Shown: piece by piece, positions 26,701 to 64,000 of the stretch
Layout: each line of letters begins with the position of its first letter
Position numbering within the stretch: the stretch's first letter is position 1
NCBI GenBank assembly: GCA_964247055.1
Contig: OZ176052.1
Location: forward strand, 12,586,001-12,650,000
Reading direction: 5' to 3'
DNA from: Paragordius varius
Lineage: Eukaryota > Animalia > Nematomorpha
Length of the DNA: 64,000 nucleotides
Notes under the pieces: generated by a model
Seen by the model: only the letters and a program-made list of their open reading frames with translations
The model's database searches: none
Told to the model about the DNA's origin: nothing
Program-made: the position numbers and the translations under genes

Positions 26701-27111
26701 TTTATTCAGAGATTCACTATACTTATTTGATATAATTGGTTCAAATCCACTAATTCCTTTTTCGGTATGATAGGACCACTGCAAAAACGATGAAATTAAA
26801 GGAGCGTTTATGTTACCGTTTTTTAAGATATAATTATACAAAGTAACACCGGATTCCAACATACATTTATTCTGGACTATTTCGTTAATAAGGGTAATAT
26901 TTTGATGTAAAGATATTTCAGGATAAACAGTTTTCCAATCATAAGACCGGTTCATCGTATTAATATATTCTTCATAATTGATAGTAGTACCTTTAAACAA
27001 TTCCCAAAAATTATTTTCTGCCTTCATCAAAAAATTATTGAAGGAATCAGTGATAATTTGTGGGCGCAAATGGGTGGCTAAATTTCGGACAAATAATTTT
27101 ATATAAACCAT
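23734..27111 (-). CDS. PRORP: Mitochondrial protein-only RNase P catalytic subunit (PRORP/MRPP3); exons 27111-26057, 25761-25629, 25552-25451, 25225-25074, 24523-24331, 23883-23734; ~594 aa
   Basis: Helical N-terminal region; Zn motif GQCECC; NYN motifs DVVIDALN, GRRHM, SKDDPY, TKDLFRDH; C-terminal WHIP and WIC Zn ligands. All splice sites are GT..AG; exon sum 1785 nt. Confidence 0.93.
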
Positions 27112-27422
27112 GCCTATATTCTGAATGAATAAAATTACATATGAATGATAGAATTATTTTTTATTTATATTTGGCTAGTTTTTGAATATTGATTACAGAT
27201 CATATCTTAATAAAACATGGATAAAGTTTAGTTTGTATTTAAGCGTTGCTAATTGATTTTAATTATATAGTAGTAAAAATAAATGTGAGAACTTTGCATT
27301 TTTATTATCCCAAAATTGTTCTTTTTATTATATAATGGAGAGGGTTTTGACATATCATTCCCATAATAAAACCAATAAAATTAGTCAGGAATTATTATGG
27401 TATTGAACCATTTGAGTCATTA

Positions 27423-29680
27423 CACTGCCTCAAACTCGGGAACAAAAATATCTTAAAAATTGATATTATAATAAAAAATTATATCTCCTATCATGGTGTT
27501 TTTGATCTCGGCTCTTACAAGGGATTTAAGAAATTTTACGCTTTGTGTCAACTGCTCTCTACCAGAAAAGGAATTTGGCAGATTTTAAATAAAATTTTTT
27601 AGTAAATAAATTCCTCATTCCAAAGCTAATTAAAAATAAAATTTATTAAAATCATAAATATATTTTTAAAAATTAAATAGCTGTTGTCTTCAAACGTCCC
27701 AATTTTTTTATGGGCTGGTTCTCTTAAAATAACCAAAATACAGAGACTACGAGCTAGAAATGTATATATACTAAATTTTTATATCATCTAAAATAAATTT
27801 ATTAAAATAAGTTTTAAATTTCATTATTGCAAAATTTGTTGAAGCCTACATCATTCTATTTTAAGACATGATGGAAATGCTTTAAGATAATTTAAATGAT
27901 TTATCTAAATAATAGGAGGACGCATAATTTTAAAAAATAATCGTTCATCAAATTTATGTTAAATAAAGATTGTGTTTTTTACAAAATCTCAAAAATTTAA
28001 AGCGATAGAAATGTGCATAGAAAAAGTATTTTTATGATAAATTTAAGCGTTTTTACCTTATAAGGCATCAAAATAGTAGTATGCTTCAACAAAATTAAAA
28101 AATTTAAGAAAAAGCATACATTCTCAAAAATATTTTAATTGATAAAGTTTACAGCAATTTGAATATTTTATCGCGCAAAATCGGAATTTCTGCGTTTAAC
28201 ACTTCATAACCTTTTCACATTTTTGTCTTACTTTACCCTTTGGGGTAGATACATATCCCAGAGCTCAATTTTGTAAATAAATTATAGTTTAAAAGTTATT
28301 TTAGTTAAAATTTATCAGATAAAATAGCATATATTTTTTACAATTTTGTGACTTCAAAATCCAAAATGCGGCAGCGTAGAAGGACGATTAAAACGAACAG
28401 CTGATATCAAAATCAAAATATAAGTTTTTGCTGTTAAAATGTAGCCTGAAAGTTTTTCAAAGTTAATTATTTACATTTTTCACCATAATATACATTTATA
28501 GGCCTGATACATTAGTGATTTAAATAAATTTATAGAAAAAATAGGTGGCTAAAAAGTTGAGAGGAGAATTTTTTTACACCATATTTTAAATAAGATTCCT
28601 TGCATAATGCGCCTAAAAGGCTAAAGAAAGTATATGTTTAAATTCGACTTAATACCTTGAATACTTTTTTAGATATTCGAAAAATTGTTCCGGGACATAA
28701 AAATATATTAAAAGATAATCGAGTATTAAGGAAACCAGCCTAAAGCAAAATTGGAGCCTACACACTGCTTACGAAATCGGGAGTAAATAAATAACCTGTT
28801 AAATTACATAGATTCTGATAAAAAATGTATCAGAATTAAGGTGCTTGCGGTTTTTGCCCTTACCAGTGACTTTGAAAATTATTTAGACTTTTTTAGTAGG
28901 CTATCCATTTCAGAAAATGGTAAAATTTACGCATATTTTTTTAAATATTTTTTTTGGTGAAAGTGAGAGGCATTTTCCAAAAAACTAAAACATATCATAA
29001 ATTACGCTAAAAGCAAAACAATATTTAAAAAAATATAATAATTAGATGTGGGCTTAGAAACAAGGTTGCTCTTCTAAAATGAGCTAGTTCTCTTATAATA
29101 GACTCAAAAATGCGGGGATATCGGCTATAAAAATTTTAAATATATGCTTAATTCATCAACTAAAAATATTTTTTAAAAAAAATCCTAATTTTTTTCAAAA
29201 AATTAATTACCAAGATTTTGTTGAAGCGAATTTTATACTATTTGTGTCACGACGGAAACGATTACAGAACGCTTTAGATTATAAAACAAGTTTTAATTAT
29301 AATTCAATGATGAACATTTACCTCAGAATTTTAATTTTGTTCGTCTAATTAATGTTATATTATTTTTTTACAATACCATTTTTTTAAGCAAAAAAACACT
29401 TAAATTATAATGATGTGATAGAAATGTTAAGCATCATCGAATTGGTCTTAAATTTTCATACTGTTTTTATCATGCCTCAAAGTAGTTTAAAGTACGCTTG
29501 AACAAAATTTTGCCAAAAATCAGATTTTTGAAATAATTATGCATTTTTTAAGAAATATTTTTAGTTGATACCAAAATATAGAATATTAAAATATTTATCG
29601 CGCAATCTCGGTATTTTTGCGTTAATTTTAAGAAGAATAGCTCATTATAAGATTAGGAAAATTTGGGAGCCCACATCTAA
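27423..29680. repeat. Mosaic of degenerate dispersed repeats/MITE pieces between PRORP and AMPK
   Basis: TA|CACTGCCTCAAACTCGGG terminus (similar at ~53247); internal direct similarity 27990-28200 vs 29400-29630; gcccacatc motif also at ~60910; 28805-28860 is an inverted copy of 32101-32160. Confidence 0.45.
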
Positions 29681-29714
29681 AGATTAAAATTCTTTTAAAA
29701 TATTGTTATTATTT

Positions 29715-31980
29715 TATATGTATATAAAAATGTAAAGTAGTGGTTTAGTGATCTGTTTCCGGAAAACCAGAAGGCCCATTTAAATCCAAATGTCGAAATA
29801 TAATCATTATTGAATGCCCGACAATAGCTTCGCCCTTTTTTGGAATTAGCCCCCAATTCGGGTCCACCCCTTGTAAAAAACGGGTTTTTTTTAAAAACAG
29901 AAGTCCACAAAAATCATGTGTTTGAGACGATTTTCCGGAAAACGTATTGGAGCATTCGATTTCAAATATGATTTTTTTTACTTTTTTCGATTGCGCCGTA
30001 GTGAGCCCGCTTTTTTAATTTAGGCCCTTGTTTACCCGCTCCCGAAAAATGCCATTTTCAAAAACTGTTACAAAAATAATTTTTTGAATCTATTTTTCGC
30101 CCAAAGTATGGCGTAAAAATTCAATAAGGATTCCAGGTATTCCTTATTAAAAGGCAAAAATTTGGGTCGAGCGTTTTTATATTGGTTGCTGGGTAAGGAA
30201 AAAACCGTAAAAAACTGTCCGTCATATCGAAATAGGGTGTCTTTGGGGCTAAATTTCAGAAAACCTATCAGGCCATATGAGTTCAATAGGTGCTTAAAAA
30301 CCCGTAACAAGGCAAAAAATAAGCTAGTGCAGTTTTTTAAAATTAGCCGTTAATTGGGCCCTTCATGCCCTGAAAAATGCCCCTCCATAGAATGATTTTC
30401 CAGATTTGAGGCAATTTTTCAAAAAACTAATGATGCATATGTAATCAATCATTATTCCAGCCGTAATTATTTTAATCAAGCGCTTTTTTGTATCAGTCTC
30501 TGGGTAGGGAGCTACCCGCCTAAAACTGCGCCACCATATCAAAATTGCGTTGTTAAGGAATTAATTTTCAGAAAACATATCAGGCCAAGTTTAATATAGG
30601 CCTGAAATATTACCCGTAAAAAGGCAAAAATTTAAGTCTAGCGGATTTTTTAAATTAGCAGTTAAATAGGCCTTCACGCCTTAAAAAATGTGCTATCATT
30701 CAATATTACTTAGTTTTAAAGCCATTCTTGCATTAACTATTAAGTACATATGGAATGAATGATAATTCCAGGTATTCCCCTATAAAGGCAATTTTTTTTA
30801 TCGAACGTCTTTTTTATATTGGCTTCTGGGTAGGGGACTACCCCTTATATCTGCGCCACTATATCGATACAGCGTGACTTTGGAAGCAAATTTTAGAAAT
30901 ATCAGGCTATATAAGTTTAATAAGGAAATGAAATATTCCCCGTAAAAAGGTAAAAATTTAAGTGGAACTGTTTTATTAAATTACCTCTTAATTAGGCCCT
31001 TGCCCAGGAAAATGCGCCATAGAATGTCTTTTAGGTTTTGAGAAAATATTTTGAAAAGCTCACGAGAGAATATGGAATCAATCATGATTACAGGTATAAC
31101 CCGAATAAAGGCAAAAATTTTAATCGAGTGTTTTTTTTGCTTCGCCCCTGGTTAGGGGGCTACCCGCGTAAAACTGCGTTACCATCTCGATACAGCATAT
31201 CTTTAGAGCCAAATTTCAGAAAACGCTTTTTATACCTGCTCCTGGTAAGGACTGGCCAAAAACCGCGCCACTATAAAGAAATGGCTTTGTTTTGGAGCTA
31301 ATTTACAAAAGATTTATGCCATATGAGCTCATTAAAAGCTTGAATATTACCCGTAACTAGGTAAAAATTAAGGTCAGGCATTTTTTATTAGCCGCTAATT
31401 TGGGGCCTTTATGCCCTAAAACAACGCCATCAATAGCGATTATTTAGTGTTGAAGTATTTTTTTGAATAAGGTATGAGACGATGGTATTAAAGATTATTC
31501 CAAATATTTGCCCTCTAAAGGCAAAGAATTTAACTCAGCGCTTTTTCCCTATAGGTCTATGGGTAGGTGTCTACCGGTTTAAAAGAGCTATTCAAAAAAA
31601 CTTAAGAAGCCATAGGAGTTCTGTTAAACACATTCTTGGGAATTTGTATAATATCATTCTTTCCTTTAAAAAGCAACCACAAATGATATATTTTTTTATA
31701 ACCCTTGATCCAAGCTTTGTGAACAATTTTAAAATTTAAACCATAATTTCGTAAAACGAAAACTTAAAATAAATCCAATGATAGATGAACATTTTCTTTA
31801 ATAAGGGAGTGTTTAAAACAATATTTGCGCTTAGGCAAACACCCCTTAAAGAATAATAAAAAAATTCTTTTTATTCAATATGTTTTTTATTTTTTTTATC
31901 TCTATTAACACTATTTATTGCATATTATTAAATATAATTAGCGATGAGACTACGTCACAGCGAAGCGTGACAGCAGCTAG
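29715..31980 (+). mobile_element. Non-autonomous Helitron with ~10 internal ~155-bp repeats
   Basis: Helitron-like 5' end (tatatgtatataaaaatg); 3' hairpin gtcac-agcgaagc-gtgac followed by CTAG at 31977-31980; colinear with the 12.8-kb copy. Confidence 0.75.
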
Positions 31981-32215
31981 GTTATGTTTTATTTTATTGT
32001 TTTCGAAAATAAAGTAAATAGCTTTAATTAAAAAATCTTTTTTACAAATGTCAACGAATTTTGCCTTTTTTTATATAAAGCAGATATAAAAGTTCTTAAA
32101 TCACTGGTAAGAGCCAAAACCAAAAGCATAATGATAGCCTGATACATTTTTTATCAGAATATATATATTTCACCAGCTATATTTTGTGTTCACTTTGCTA
32201 ATCAACCGAGACTAT

Positions 32216-33248
32216 GGGTGGGGTGATAAAAAAGTCGCACTTGACTTGTAAGCCAAGCGTGGCAAGTTGAGCAAGATTACTTAAGCCAGCAAGTGTACAC
32301 TTGAAGATCGGTGATAAAAAAAACACTTAAGTCAAGTCTTTTGCTTATGAATGTAAGAGTTTTTTGCCACCCAATTCGAATTTTATGGAAATTTTTATGA
32401 TCATTTTCAGCTAAAATTTATGAAATAAGGCACAAATAGATAAACAATAAATACAATGTGCATTTATTGAAGTTTTTCAAACTCACCGGCACGTATCTTA
32501 TATAATATTATAGAGTTTTCTAAATTGTGAGCTTGGTATTAATTTTTAGATTGGTGAAACCATTCGCCCTTAAAACACTTTCCATTATTTTACCACACTA
32601 CTTATTCTGTTTGGAGTCCAGTTGCAAATATTATGGGAAGATGTTTATACAATATAACATAATTATTTTTAATTGATTATAAACATTGCATTCGAAATAA
32701 ATTTATGATGAAATAAATTCTTTACATTGGATAAAATTGAAGTTTTGCTTTTAATAAATGAATTGAAATCACAAGATTAATATTTAATTATTAATTTTAA
32801 GAATTTTCGAGAATCCAATTTTTTTTGCGGTCACAGAATTGATATATTTAGCATATTTTTATGTGCCATGTTATTTAATATTAGCAGAGTTTTTCTATAA
32901 ATTTAACCTCTTTTGTATCCACCCAATGAATAGATTAAGACAAAATTTATCAAATTAATAATTTATAGCATTAACAAAGGTTCGAATTACATATAAAACC
33001 TAAATTTTGCACATAAATAGTTTCCAAAATAATTTTATCCATATTTTTAATTCTGTCAAGTGTGCCCTACACCACACTTGCAAAATCTTTAAGTTTTACT
33101 TGAACATATGATTTTTTATCACCTCCTTATCAAGTTTTCTTGCTTGACTTAAGTCGTGTAATGTTAAATTTTTTTTATCACATGAAAGCAAGCCATGACT
33201 TGAAAAACTTGCAAGTCAAGTCAAAAAAATTTTTTTATCACCCGACCC
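32216..33248. mobile_element. ~1-kb MITE with GGGT.GGGTGATAAAAAA TIRs (PIF/Harbinger-like)
   Basis: gggtggggtgataaaaaa vs ttttttatcacccgaccc; TAT on both flanks; subterminal repeats of acttgactt and tgataaaa. Confidence 0.7.
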
Positions 33249-33996
33249 TATAATTTAGTTGATTTAAAAAAGCTACTGAACGAAGAGTTCATCAATGCTT
33301 CTATCCTAAAAAATTATAATAAGCCAAAAAATCTAAAAAAATTATATTTTTGAAAAAAAAAGTTCCATCCATAACAACTGACGTCCTGTAATTTTTGCAA
33401 AATATCGTGTTTAATTTATTCCAACGCTAAAATTCAAACTATTTGTTATTTAATAATATCTAACATTGACATAAAAGTAAAATTTGTTTCTGCAATATTT
33501 TATATTTAGCTAATCATGCCATATTGTCTAAATTTTTACTTTATCCATAAAATTACTAATAGTTTTTCAATTATATATAGTATTGCAATGGCTTATTTCT
33601 TCATATAATTTGATTTTAAACAGACCGTTCCCAATTCGAATAAAGGGACTGAAATGAATGTGTTGTATCCATTTGATTAATTATTTTAGTTTATGTAACT
33701 ATTTAATACGTTTTATATGTATAACATAAGGCTTAGAAGCCAAAACTCTCTACGTAACTCGGCGGCTGTCAACATAAAACTCGTCTTTGGAAAGGCAGCA
33801 TGGGACATCTTTTGTAGACATGCGTCTGTTATATCCTTTTTTGATATACATTAATCATACTAGTATGCACACCATGAGAATCCTGATATATTTATCTATC
33901 AGTCTATATTTAAGAATATTTTTGCGCTGACTGTTAAAATCAAAAGATCCAAGACATATGAAATTAAATATCTACATTAACTCATCTGTTAATTAA

Positions 33997-42858
<8,862 letters not shown>

Positions 42859-43679
42859 AAAAAATGCCCGATTTTTATTATCACTTTTATTACTTTACAT
42901 CTAAGCCATACTAATCAAATCCAAATCTCTTTGTGAAATAAAATTTTGAATTAAACCTAGTATTTTAACCAATTTATATAAGTGTTATAATCTATCTTAT
43001 TATGCTATAATAATATGCCCCAACAATTAGAAATTATGCCTATATTTACAACTACCAATAAATGAATGATTAAATATTTATTTATTTTTCGTGAATATAC
43101 CACATAATATGTTAAATGTAATGTTTATGTAAGTTTAAAAAGTTATGAGAGATACAATAAAAATTAATATGATGATAAGCAAGAGCGCATTTTTGTTTTG
43201 TTAAAAAGACGGAGAGGATAAAAATGACTAAATATTTCTTTTTTAGTGTATGATATTCTCTTCTGATATCTAAGTATTATGATAATTGAGTGGACATGTA
43301 TTGTAAGTATTTAACACTAAAAATATGGTCCATAAATACAAAAAATATATAATAAGTATTTTTTGGCTAAATATATAGTTTTTTTTGATAAAAATTGTGT
43401 CACAAACCAGTGAAAAACATAACATTACTAAAGCGCAGAATAAAGATAGTACTAATTTGCAATTAATTTCTTTAAGAACGCATTGATTTTCGCAAAAACA
43501 AAGCAATTAAATAGGTTATATTCTATAAACAGTAAAAAATTTAGGATGATTTATTTAAATAAATAATCCATTTTCTTTCGTGTTTGAGAGAATTGAGATT
43601 TTGTCCAGATTCATTCTCAGGGTTTAAGTAAATGCAAGACGTGTAGAAATCGAACCTTAGAGTGTTAATCGATCGAATA

Positions 43680-58370
<14,691 letters not shown>

Positions 58371-58480
58371 TTCCAATCAATCGATTTTGAACAAAAAACG
58401 GCTTGCCTCAATATCAGTTGCAAGAATCAGTGGTAAACATATGACTACTTTATTTTTCCTATTTAGCATTTAGGTTTTAA

Positions 58481-59061
58481 CACTTGGATACAACACACTC
58501 ATTTTAGTCCTTCGATTCAAATTGGGGCAGTTGGATACCCCAGGCCTGTTTAAAATCAAATACTTTAAAAAGTATGGAAGGAATCGAAACCATGGCAAAA
58601 TTTTGCACTTATATAACATTAATAAACCGAAATATATAAAAAATTTTATTCAAAAATACTGGATATTATTTATTTTGAGCTAAAACCAAGAGGTAAAAAT
58701 TTCGTCAACGTGACATGTGTCAAATTTAAAATTAAAAAATAATACAAAATAAACCGCTTTTTCTATTTCTATCAATGTTAGATGTAATTTATATAAGAAA
58801 TATGCTTTAGTTTTACCCTTAAAATTAAATGAAGACGATATTTTGCAAAACTTTTGTAAAATAAAAATGGCGTCGAAGTAGTTAGAGATGGAACTTTTTT
58901 TTTAAAACAAAATTATATCAAGATATTTTGCCATATTTATATAATATTTATCAGGATAGAAGCATAAATTTAAATTAGGACCGTTTCCTTCAGTAGTTTT
59001 TTAAAAATTTTAATTTAAGTTTAGTCTGGGGTATTTAGATACCCCAATTTGAATCGAAGTG
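58481..59061 (+). mobile_element. piggyBac-type MITE
   Basis: TTAA|CACTTGGAT...ATCGAAGTG|TTAA. Confidence 0.8.
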
Positions 59062-59504
59062 TTAAAAAATATTTTACCTTAGTTGCAATTCAGTGTAAAT
59101 TATGATGCCAATTATATATATACTAAATTAAGCAAAATCTTTGTGGGCTAATACTTAACATAGGCTTTCAGCAGGTTTTTATTATAAATATTTGGCCAGA
59201 ATTTAAATAAAACTCAAAAATTGTATTAACAATTTCTTTTGCTAAATTATTATATATATATATATATATCTTCTTAACTTTCATTACGATGTATAATTAA
59301 ATAATTCTAGTATTATTTCTGCATGGTAAATAAGAATAATAGAATTTTAATGGGTCTGCATTATCCCGAGAAAAGTGCAAAAGGTACAATTTTTGGGCAC
59401 ATGTATTTTTATTGCTCATATTTTAAACGGAGTGGGTCGGAAACAGGGTGATTTTGAGAAAGGTTTTTTATAACTGATTTTAATATATCCAATATTATAT
59501 TTAA

Positions 59505-60030
59505 CACTTGGATACAACACATTCATTTTAGTCCTTCTATTCAAATTGGGGTATTTAAATACCCCAGGTAAGGAATCGAAACCATGGCAAAATTTTTCTC
59601 TTATGTAACATTAATAAACCGAAATTTATAAAAAATTATTTAAAAATACTTGATATTACTTATTTTAAACTAAAATCAAAAGGTGAAAATTTAGTTAACA
59701 TGACACGTGTACAATGGTAAAGTTGAATACAAAATAAACCGCTTTTTCTACTTCAATGTTAGATGTAATTTAAATAAAAATCTTTAATTTTACCCTTAAA
59801 ATTAAAAGAAGGCTATATTTTGCAAAAATTTTGTAAAATAAAAATGGCGTAGAAGTTGTTTAACATAGAACTTTTTCAAAACATTTTATTTAGATATTTT
59901 GGCATATTTATATAATTTTTATTAGATATAAGCATAAATTAAAATTGGGACCGTTTCCTTCAGTAGTTTTTAAAAATCCTAACTCAAATTTAGTCTAGGT
60001 TATTTACATACCCCAATTTGAATCGAAGTC
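59505..60030 (+). mobile_element. piggyBac-type MITE, second nearby copy in the same orientation
   Basis: TTAA|CACTTGGAT...ATCGAAGTC|TTAA; colinear with 58481-59061. Confidence 0.8.
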
Positions 60031-62089
60031 TTAAATGCTTAAACTTTTTCGGTAATTCAAAGCTAAAAATTTTACAAAAAACCTATTTATTCTAAATTTA
60101 TTGCTTAATACACAGTGTACACAAAAAATGTATTGATAAAATAAATTATTCTGACAAAAATTATACTAGAATCACATCTTATGAATGATAGAACAGTGTT
60201 TTTTGCATTTTTATGGTAATTGATCCCAATCTGAAAATGGCAATATTTAGGCGCATTTGCTAATTTTTTTGGAAGCTAAGCTTCAAAGAAATCATTTAAT
60301 CTTATACTATATTTAAATAGCAAAATTTTGATATAAATTTTTACATATAAGCTCCTAAAATTGGTCTTTATTAAAACGCGAAAAAGCCCAGTTTATACGA
60401 CAATAATTTTTATTAAGGTATATTATAATATCAAAAACAATATTCTCCAAAAAAATCCATACTTGCAAAATTAATTTGGTGATTAGTATTTTAGGTTAAA
60501 TAAATTTTAGGACATAGGTCTCCAACATAAATATCTTCGCGGCTGCTTTACTAATTTTTGGCTTTTTAAATTTCATTTAGAACACAATTTTGTATGTCAT
60601 ATCTTCTGAATATCTTAAATTTATTGAAATCTAATTTTTTATATTTTAACATTTTTTAGAGCACGTTTGCATACCGAAAAAAGCGTGTTGGACATCCTTG
60701 AAGATATTAAACAACTTTTAATATAATTCGATGCTGAACATTTATCTTAGAATTTGGATTAAAGCTCATCTATTTTAAAAAAAGTATCCCAATTTTAATA
60801 TAATTTTTTTATTATCCACATATTAAAAAATCAACTGAAAAATATCGGTTTTTTTGCGTTTATTTTGGAAATGGTCATTTTGGACAAGACCAAAATATGA
60901 GAATTTCAAAGCCCACATCCAAAAATTAACATTTTATAAAAATAGTTTGTTGCTTTAAATATATTATATGATATATTATAATATATTTTGATGTAATGTA
61001 AGGAATGACGGTGGAAAAAATACGTATTCCCGACATTATCCGTTTAAAATTAAATCTAAAAAATTTTTATTTTGCAATAATGATTATATAAATATATGCA
61101 TGAGTTTTATCGATAGTAAAACCAAATGTGATGTAATATCTAAACATTATTTAATTTGATACACAAAGCTTTTAATATTTGCAGCTAAAATAGCTGCTTT
61201 GGGTGGTGCGGTTCTAAATTTGGGCACAACAAGAAAAAAATTAAGCTATCAAGCGATGCTTTGGTCAGTTTAAGAATATTACCAAAACTCTCAATTGAAC
61301 ACGCTCTATTGAGCGATCGACTTGATGACCCTTAAGTAAATATAATGTTGATTATGGATACTGGAACTATAAGGATATTATAAAGTCTAAATAAAGAAAA
61401 TAAAAACACACTAAGCCAATATTCTTCTTCTATGCTGGGATTGGACACATCGAACCGACAAAAGAATGGCTATTTGGTTGCGTCGGATTCTCCAAAAACC
61501 ATTTTTTCAAAAGCTGTTTTGTTTTCACCTATATTTTTTGAAAGGACTATGGCTGGCAAAAGCATCAGTTATTTGTATTTTAAGCTTTAGCTATGTAAGG
61601 GACTGTTGGCCTTAGATGTTTTAATTCGATGCCAACGACTTAAAATCTGGGATAACCAATGGATTAAATTATTTACCATTAATTGGAGTAGGTTTTAAGT
61701 TATTTATTTCTTTGATAAGTTGTTTCAATTTTTTTTAGCAACCTTGCCGGTCATAACAAGCAAAACCAACGTTAGGATTTGAGATAAAATTATTTCACGA
61801 GCATAGGAATATATCAAATAATAAATGTTATTTGGTGCATTACGTTTGCGTTGATATAATAAAGGTTTTAAATTATTCATTTGAGAATCCAAAATATTTT
61901 TAGGAAGCTGTCTACTAATTGGGGTAAAGCGGGAAACACTCCTCGAGCCTATTTTTGTTAGAAATATACAATCTTAACTCTATATTTCTTATGGTGGTAA
62001 ACAGTTTAACATCTGAGAGCGTTACAAATTGGTGATATTAAATTTCACACAAATTAATGACTTATTTAGTGTTGAGTTACGACCGTCTA

Positions 62090-62770
62090 CACTCTACAAT
62101 TCGACCGGTAAAACATCATGGCATTGGATAATATAGAAAAATTAGCAAAACTAAGATCTATACGTACAGAGATATGGTAACGTGAATTTCATATTATATA
62201 AAGGGGTGTTGCACACAATGCCAATTATCCATTAAGAGCCAGCATGGTTATATTGAGAGTCGCAGTCGGGACAAGAAAATTTTTGCAACCAAATAAAATT
62301 TCGCTACGAAGATATCCAACCTCGGTTATAAACCATGTGACGCTTCCAATCATATCAGTACGCTCTAGAATGGGGATAAAATAGGGATTTAGCGTTAAAC
62401 AAACATTGCTACCATCGATGAATTTAACATATCTATATGGAGTTGAAATTTTGAATGGATCAACACAAAAGTGGAATGTCCCAAAATACCAATCACACTA
62501 TTTATTGGTAAAAGAAACAAGAATAAAATATATTTCAAGTTCATTCGAAGTTAAACATTATAAATGTATAAATTCAATTCGTTTATTTAGTTGTTGAGTG
62601 ATATTAGACATTTATTAGTATTTCGCTAATAGGAGATTTTTGAAATTCAGGACAAGTCTCTTCCTGAAATAATGCTATAATTAAAAATATAAGAAACGGA
62701 TTTCCATTAATACAATAAATGACCGCTGAGTGTTTTTCCAAACATTTGTATACCAACTGTCTCGTGATGT
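62090..62770 (+). pseudogene. Decayed retroviral-type (Gypsy/Ginger-like) integrase relic
   Basis: HHGIG*YRKI..YIKGCCTQCQ resembles the HHCC Zn finger, followed in order by KIGI, IATIDEF and LPEI/NG-like fragments; heavily mutated. Confidence 0.5.
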
Positions 62771-62786
62771 TCACCAAAAATATTTA

Positions 62787-63838
62787 TCTATATATTTATA
62801 AAAATGGAAAATGCTGGCTTTGTGATCTGGTATAGAAAAACCGGTAGACCAATTCAAATCCAAACTTCGAAAAAATATAATCATTAATGAATGCCCCGAC
62901 AATAGCTTCGCCCTTTTTTTGAAATAGGCCCCCAGTTCGGGTCCACCCCGTGTGAAAAACGGTTTTTTTGAACAGAAGTCCATAGAAATCGTCTTTGAGA
63001 CAATTTTCTGGAGAACGCGTTGGTCCATTCTATTTCAAATATGATTTTTGTTTACTTATTTTTGATTGCGCCGAACATAGTCGAGTCACTTTTTTGATTT
63101 AGGCCCTCTTTTTACCCCCTCCCCCCGTAAAATGCCATTTTTTTCAAAAAACAAAGTCCACAAAAATAATTTTTTGATTGTATTTTTTTGCCCAAGGTAT
63201 GAATGAGACTGTAATTTAATAAGGATTTTTCGTATTCCCTGTTAAAAGGCAAAAATTTTAGTCCGTTTCTTTGATGATAGCTGCTGGGTAAGGAGCTACC
63301 CGCTAAAAACTGATTTTTCATGTAATTTTGTGATCTGTTTCCGGAAAACCGGTGAACCCAATCAAATCCAAATATCGAAAAAATATAATCATTAATGAAT
63401 GCCCCGACAATAGCTTCGCCCTTTTTTGGAATTAGGTCCCCAGTTCGGGCCTACCCCGTGTGAAAAATGGGTTAAGTCAATTTTTTGGAGAACGTGTTGG
63501 ACCATTCAATTTCAAATATGATTTTTGTTTACTTATTTTTGATCGCGCTAACATAGTCGACTCACTTTTTTGATTTAGGCCCTCTTTTTACCCGCTACCC
63601 CCGTCAAAAGCCATTTTTTGACAAAACAAAGTCCACAAAAATAATTTTTTAAATCTATTTTTCCCCAAGTAAACAATATATTAGTATGAATGCACCGTTT
63701 TAAAATTCCTATAAAATCATATTTAAATAATGTTTCGAAATAATCCACATATGTGGATCATTTTATTGTCCCTTATTTCAAATAGCCCCCCCACCCCCCA
63801 GAAGTCCGAAGGACTTCCTCGCACGAGATTTACGCTAG
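62787..63838 (+). mobile_element. Non-autonomous Helitron with a duplicated 5' module
   Basis: A|TCTATATATTTATAAAAATGG 5' end; head module repeated at ~63325-63665; 3' hairpin gaagtcc-gaa-ggacttc then CTAG|T at 63835-63839. Confidence 0.8.
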
Positions 63839-64000
63839 TTCACTTATAAATATTAAATGTAATATCTTATTTACATTTCAAATTCACCTTTGAACAATTT
63901 AAATTTCCCTTAAACTAAATTATATGTTTTTTAAAATTAAAAATTACCTGTATTTTGATAAATTTTAAAAAAATAAAATTTTGTTTAAAATTAAAATAAT

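Noticed and set aside
61180-61700. Possible RNase H/RT remnant upstream of the integrase relic
   Set aside because: Only weak, frame-hopping resemblance (GGAVL, AGIG, LVAS); a translated profile search is needed.

Overview
AT-rich animal nuclear DNA in the standard genetic code. I can support seven protein-coding genes: two paralogous class A peptide-type GPCRs (minus strand), a CABIT-domain (GAREM/Themis/Serrano-like) protein, a Fuseless-family membrane protein, protein-only mitochondrial RNase P (PRORP/MRPP3), AMPK catalytic alpha (18 exons) and a kinesin-13/KIF2 (about 30 exons). Intergenic space and long introns hold many non-autonomous transposons (Helitrons with ~155-bp internal arrays; piggyBac-, hAT-, Harbinger- and Tc1/mariner-type MITEs; a 1.25-kb foldback) plus decayed mariner, piggyBac, LINE and integrase relics. 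The most unusual signals are (i) three canonical GT-AG introns of only 21, 23 and 26 nt in AMPK, alongside ~60-100 nt and kb-scale TE-filled introns; (ii) both GPCRs have NQF in place of DRY; (iii) a ~600-aa N/Q-rich linker in kinesin-13; (iv) an enlarged AMPK ST-loop carrying an AMPK consensus site; (v) a TE arm that may form the C-terminus of the CABIT protein. Micro-introns plus neural genes suggest a reduced parasitic invertebrate (orthonectid/dicyemid- or myxozoan-like); this is inference only. I found no tRNA, rRNA or CRISPR, and no clearly new multi-gene system. All exon models and family calls were made by eye, without database searches.
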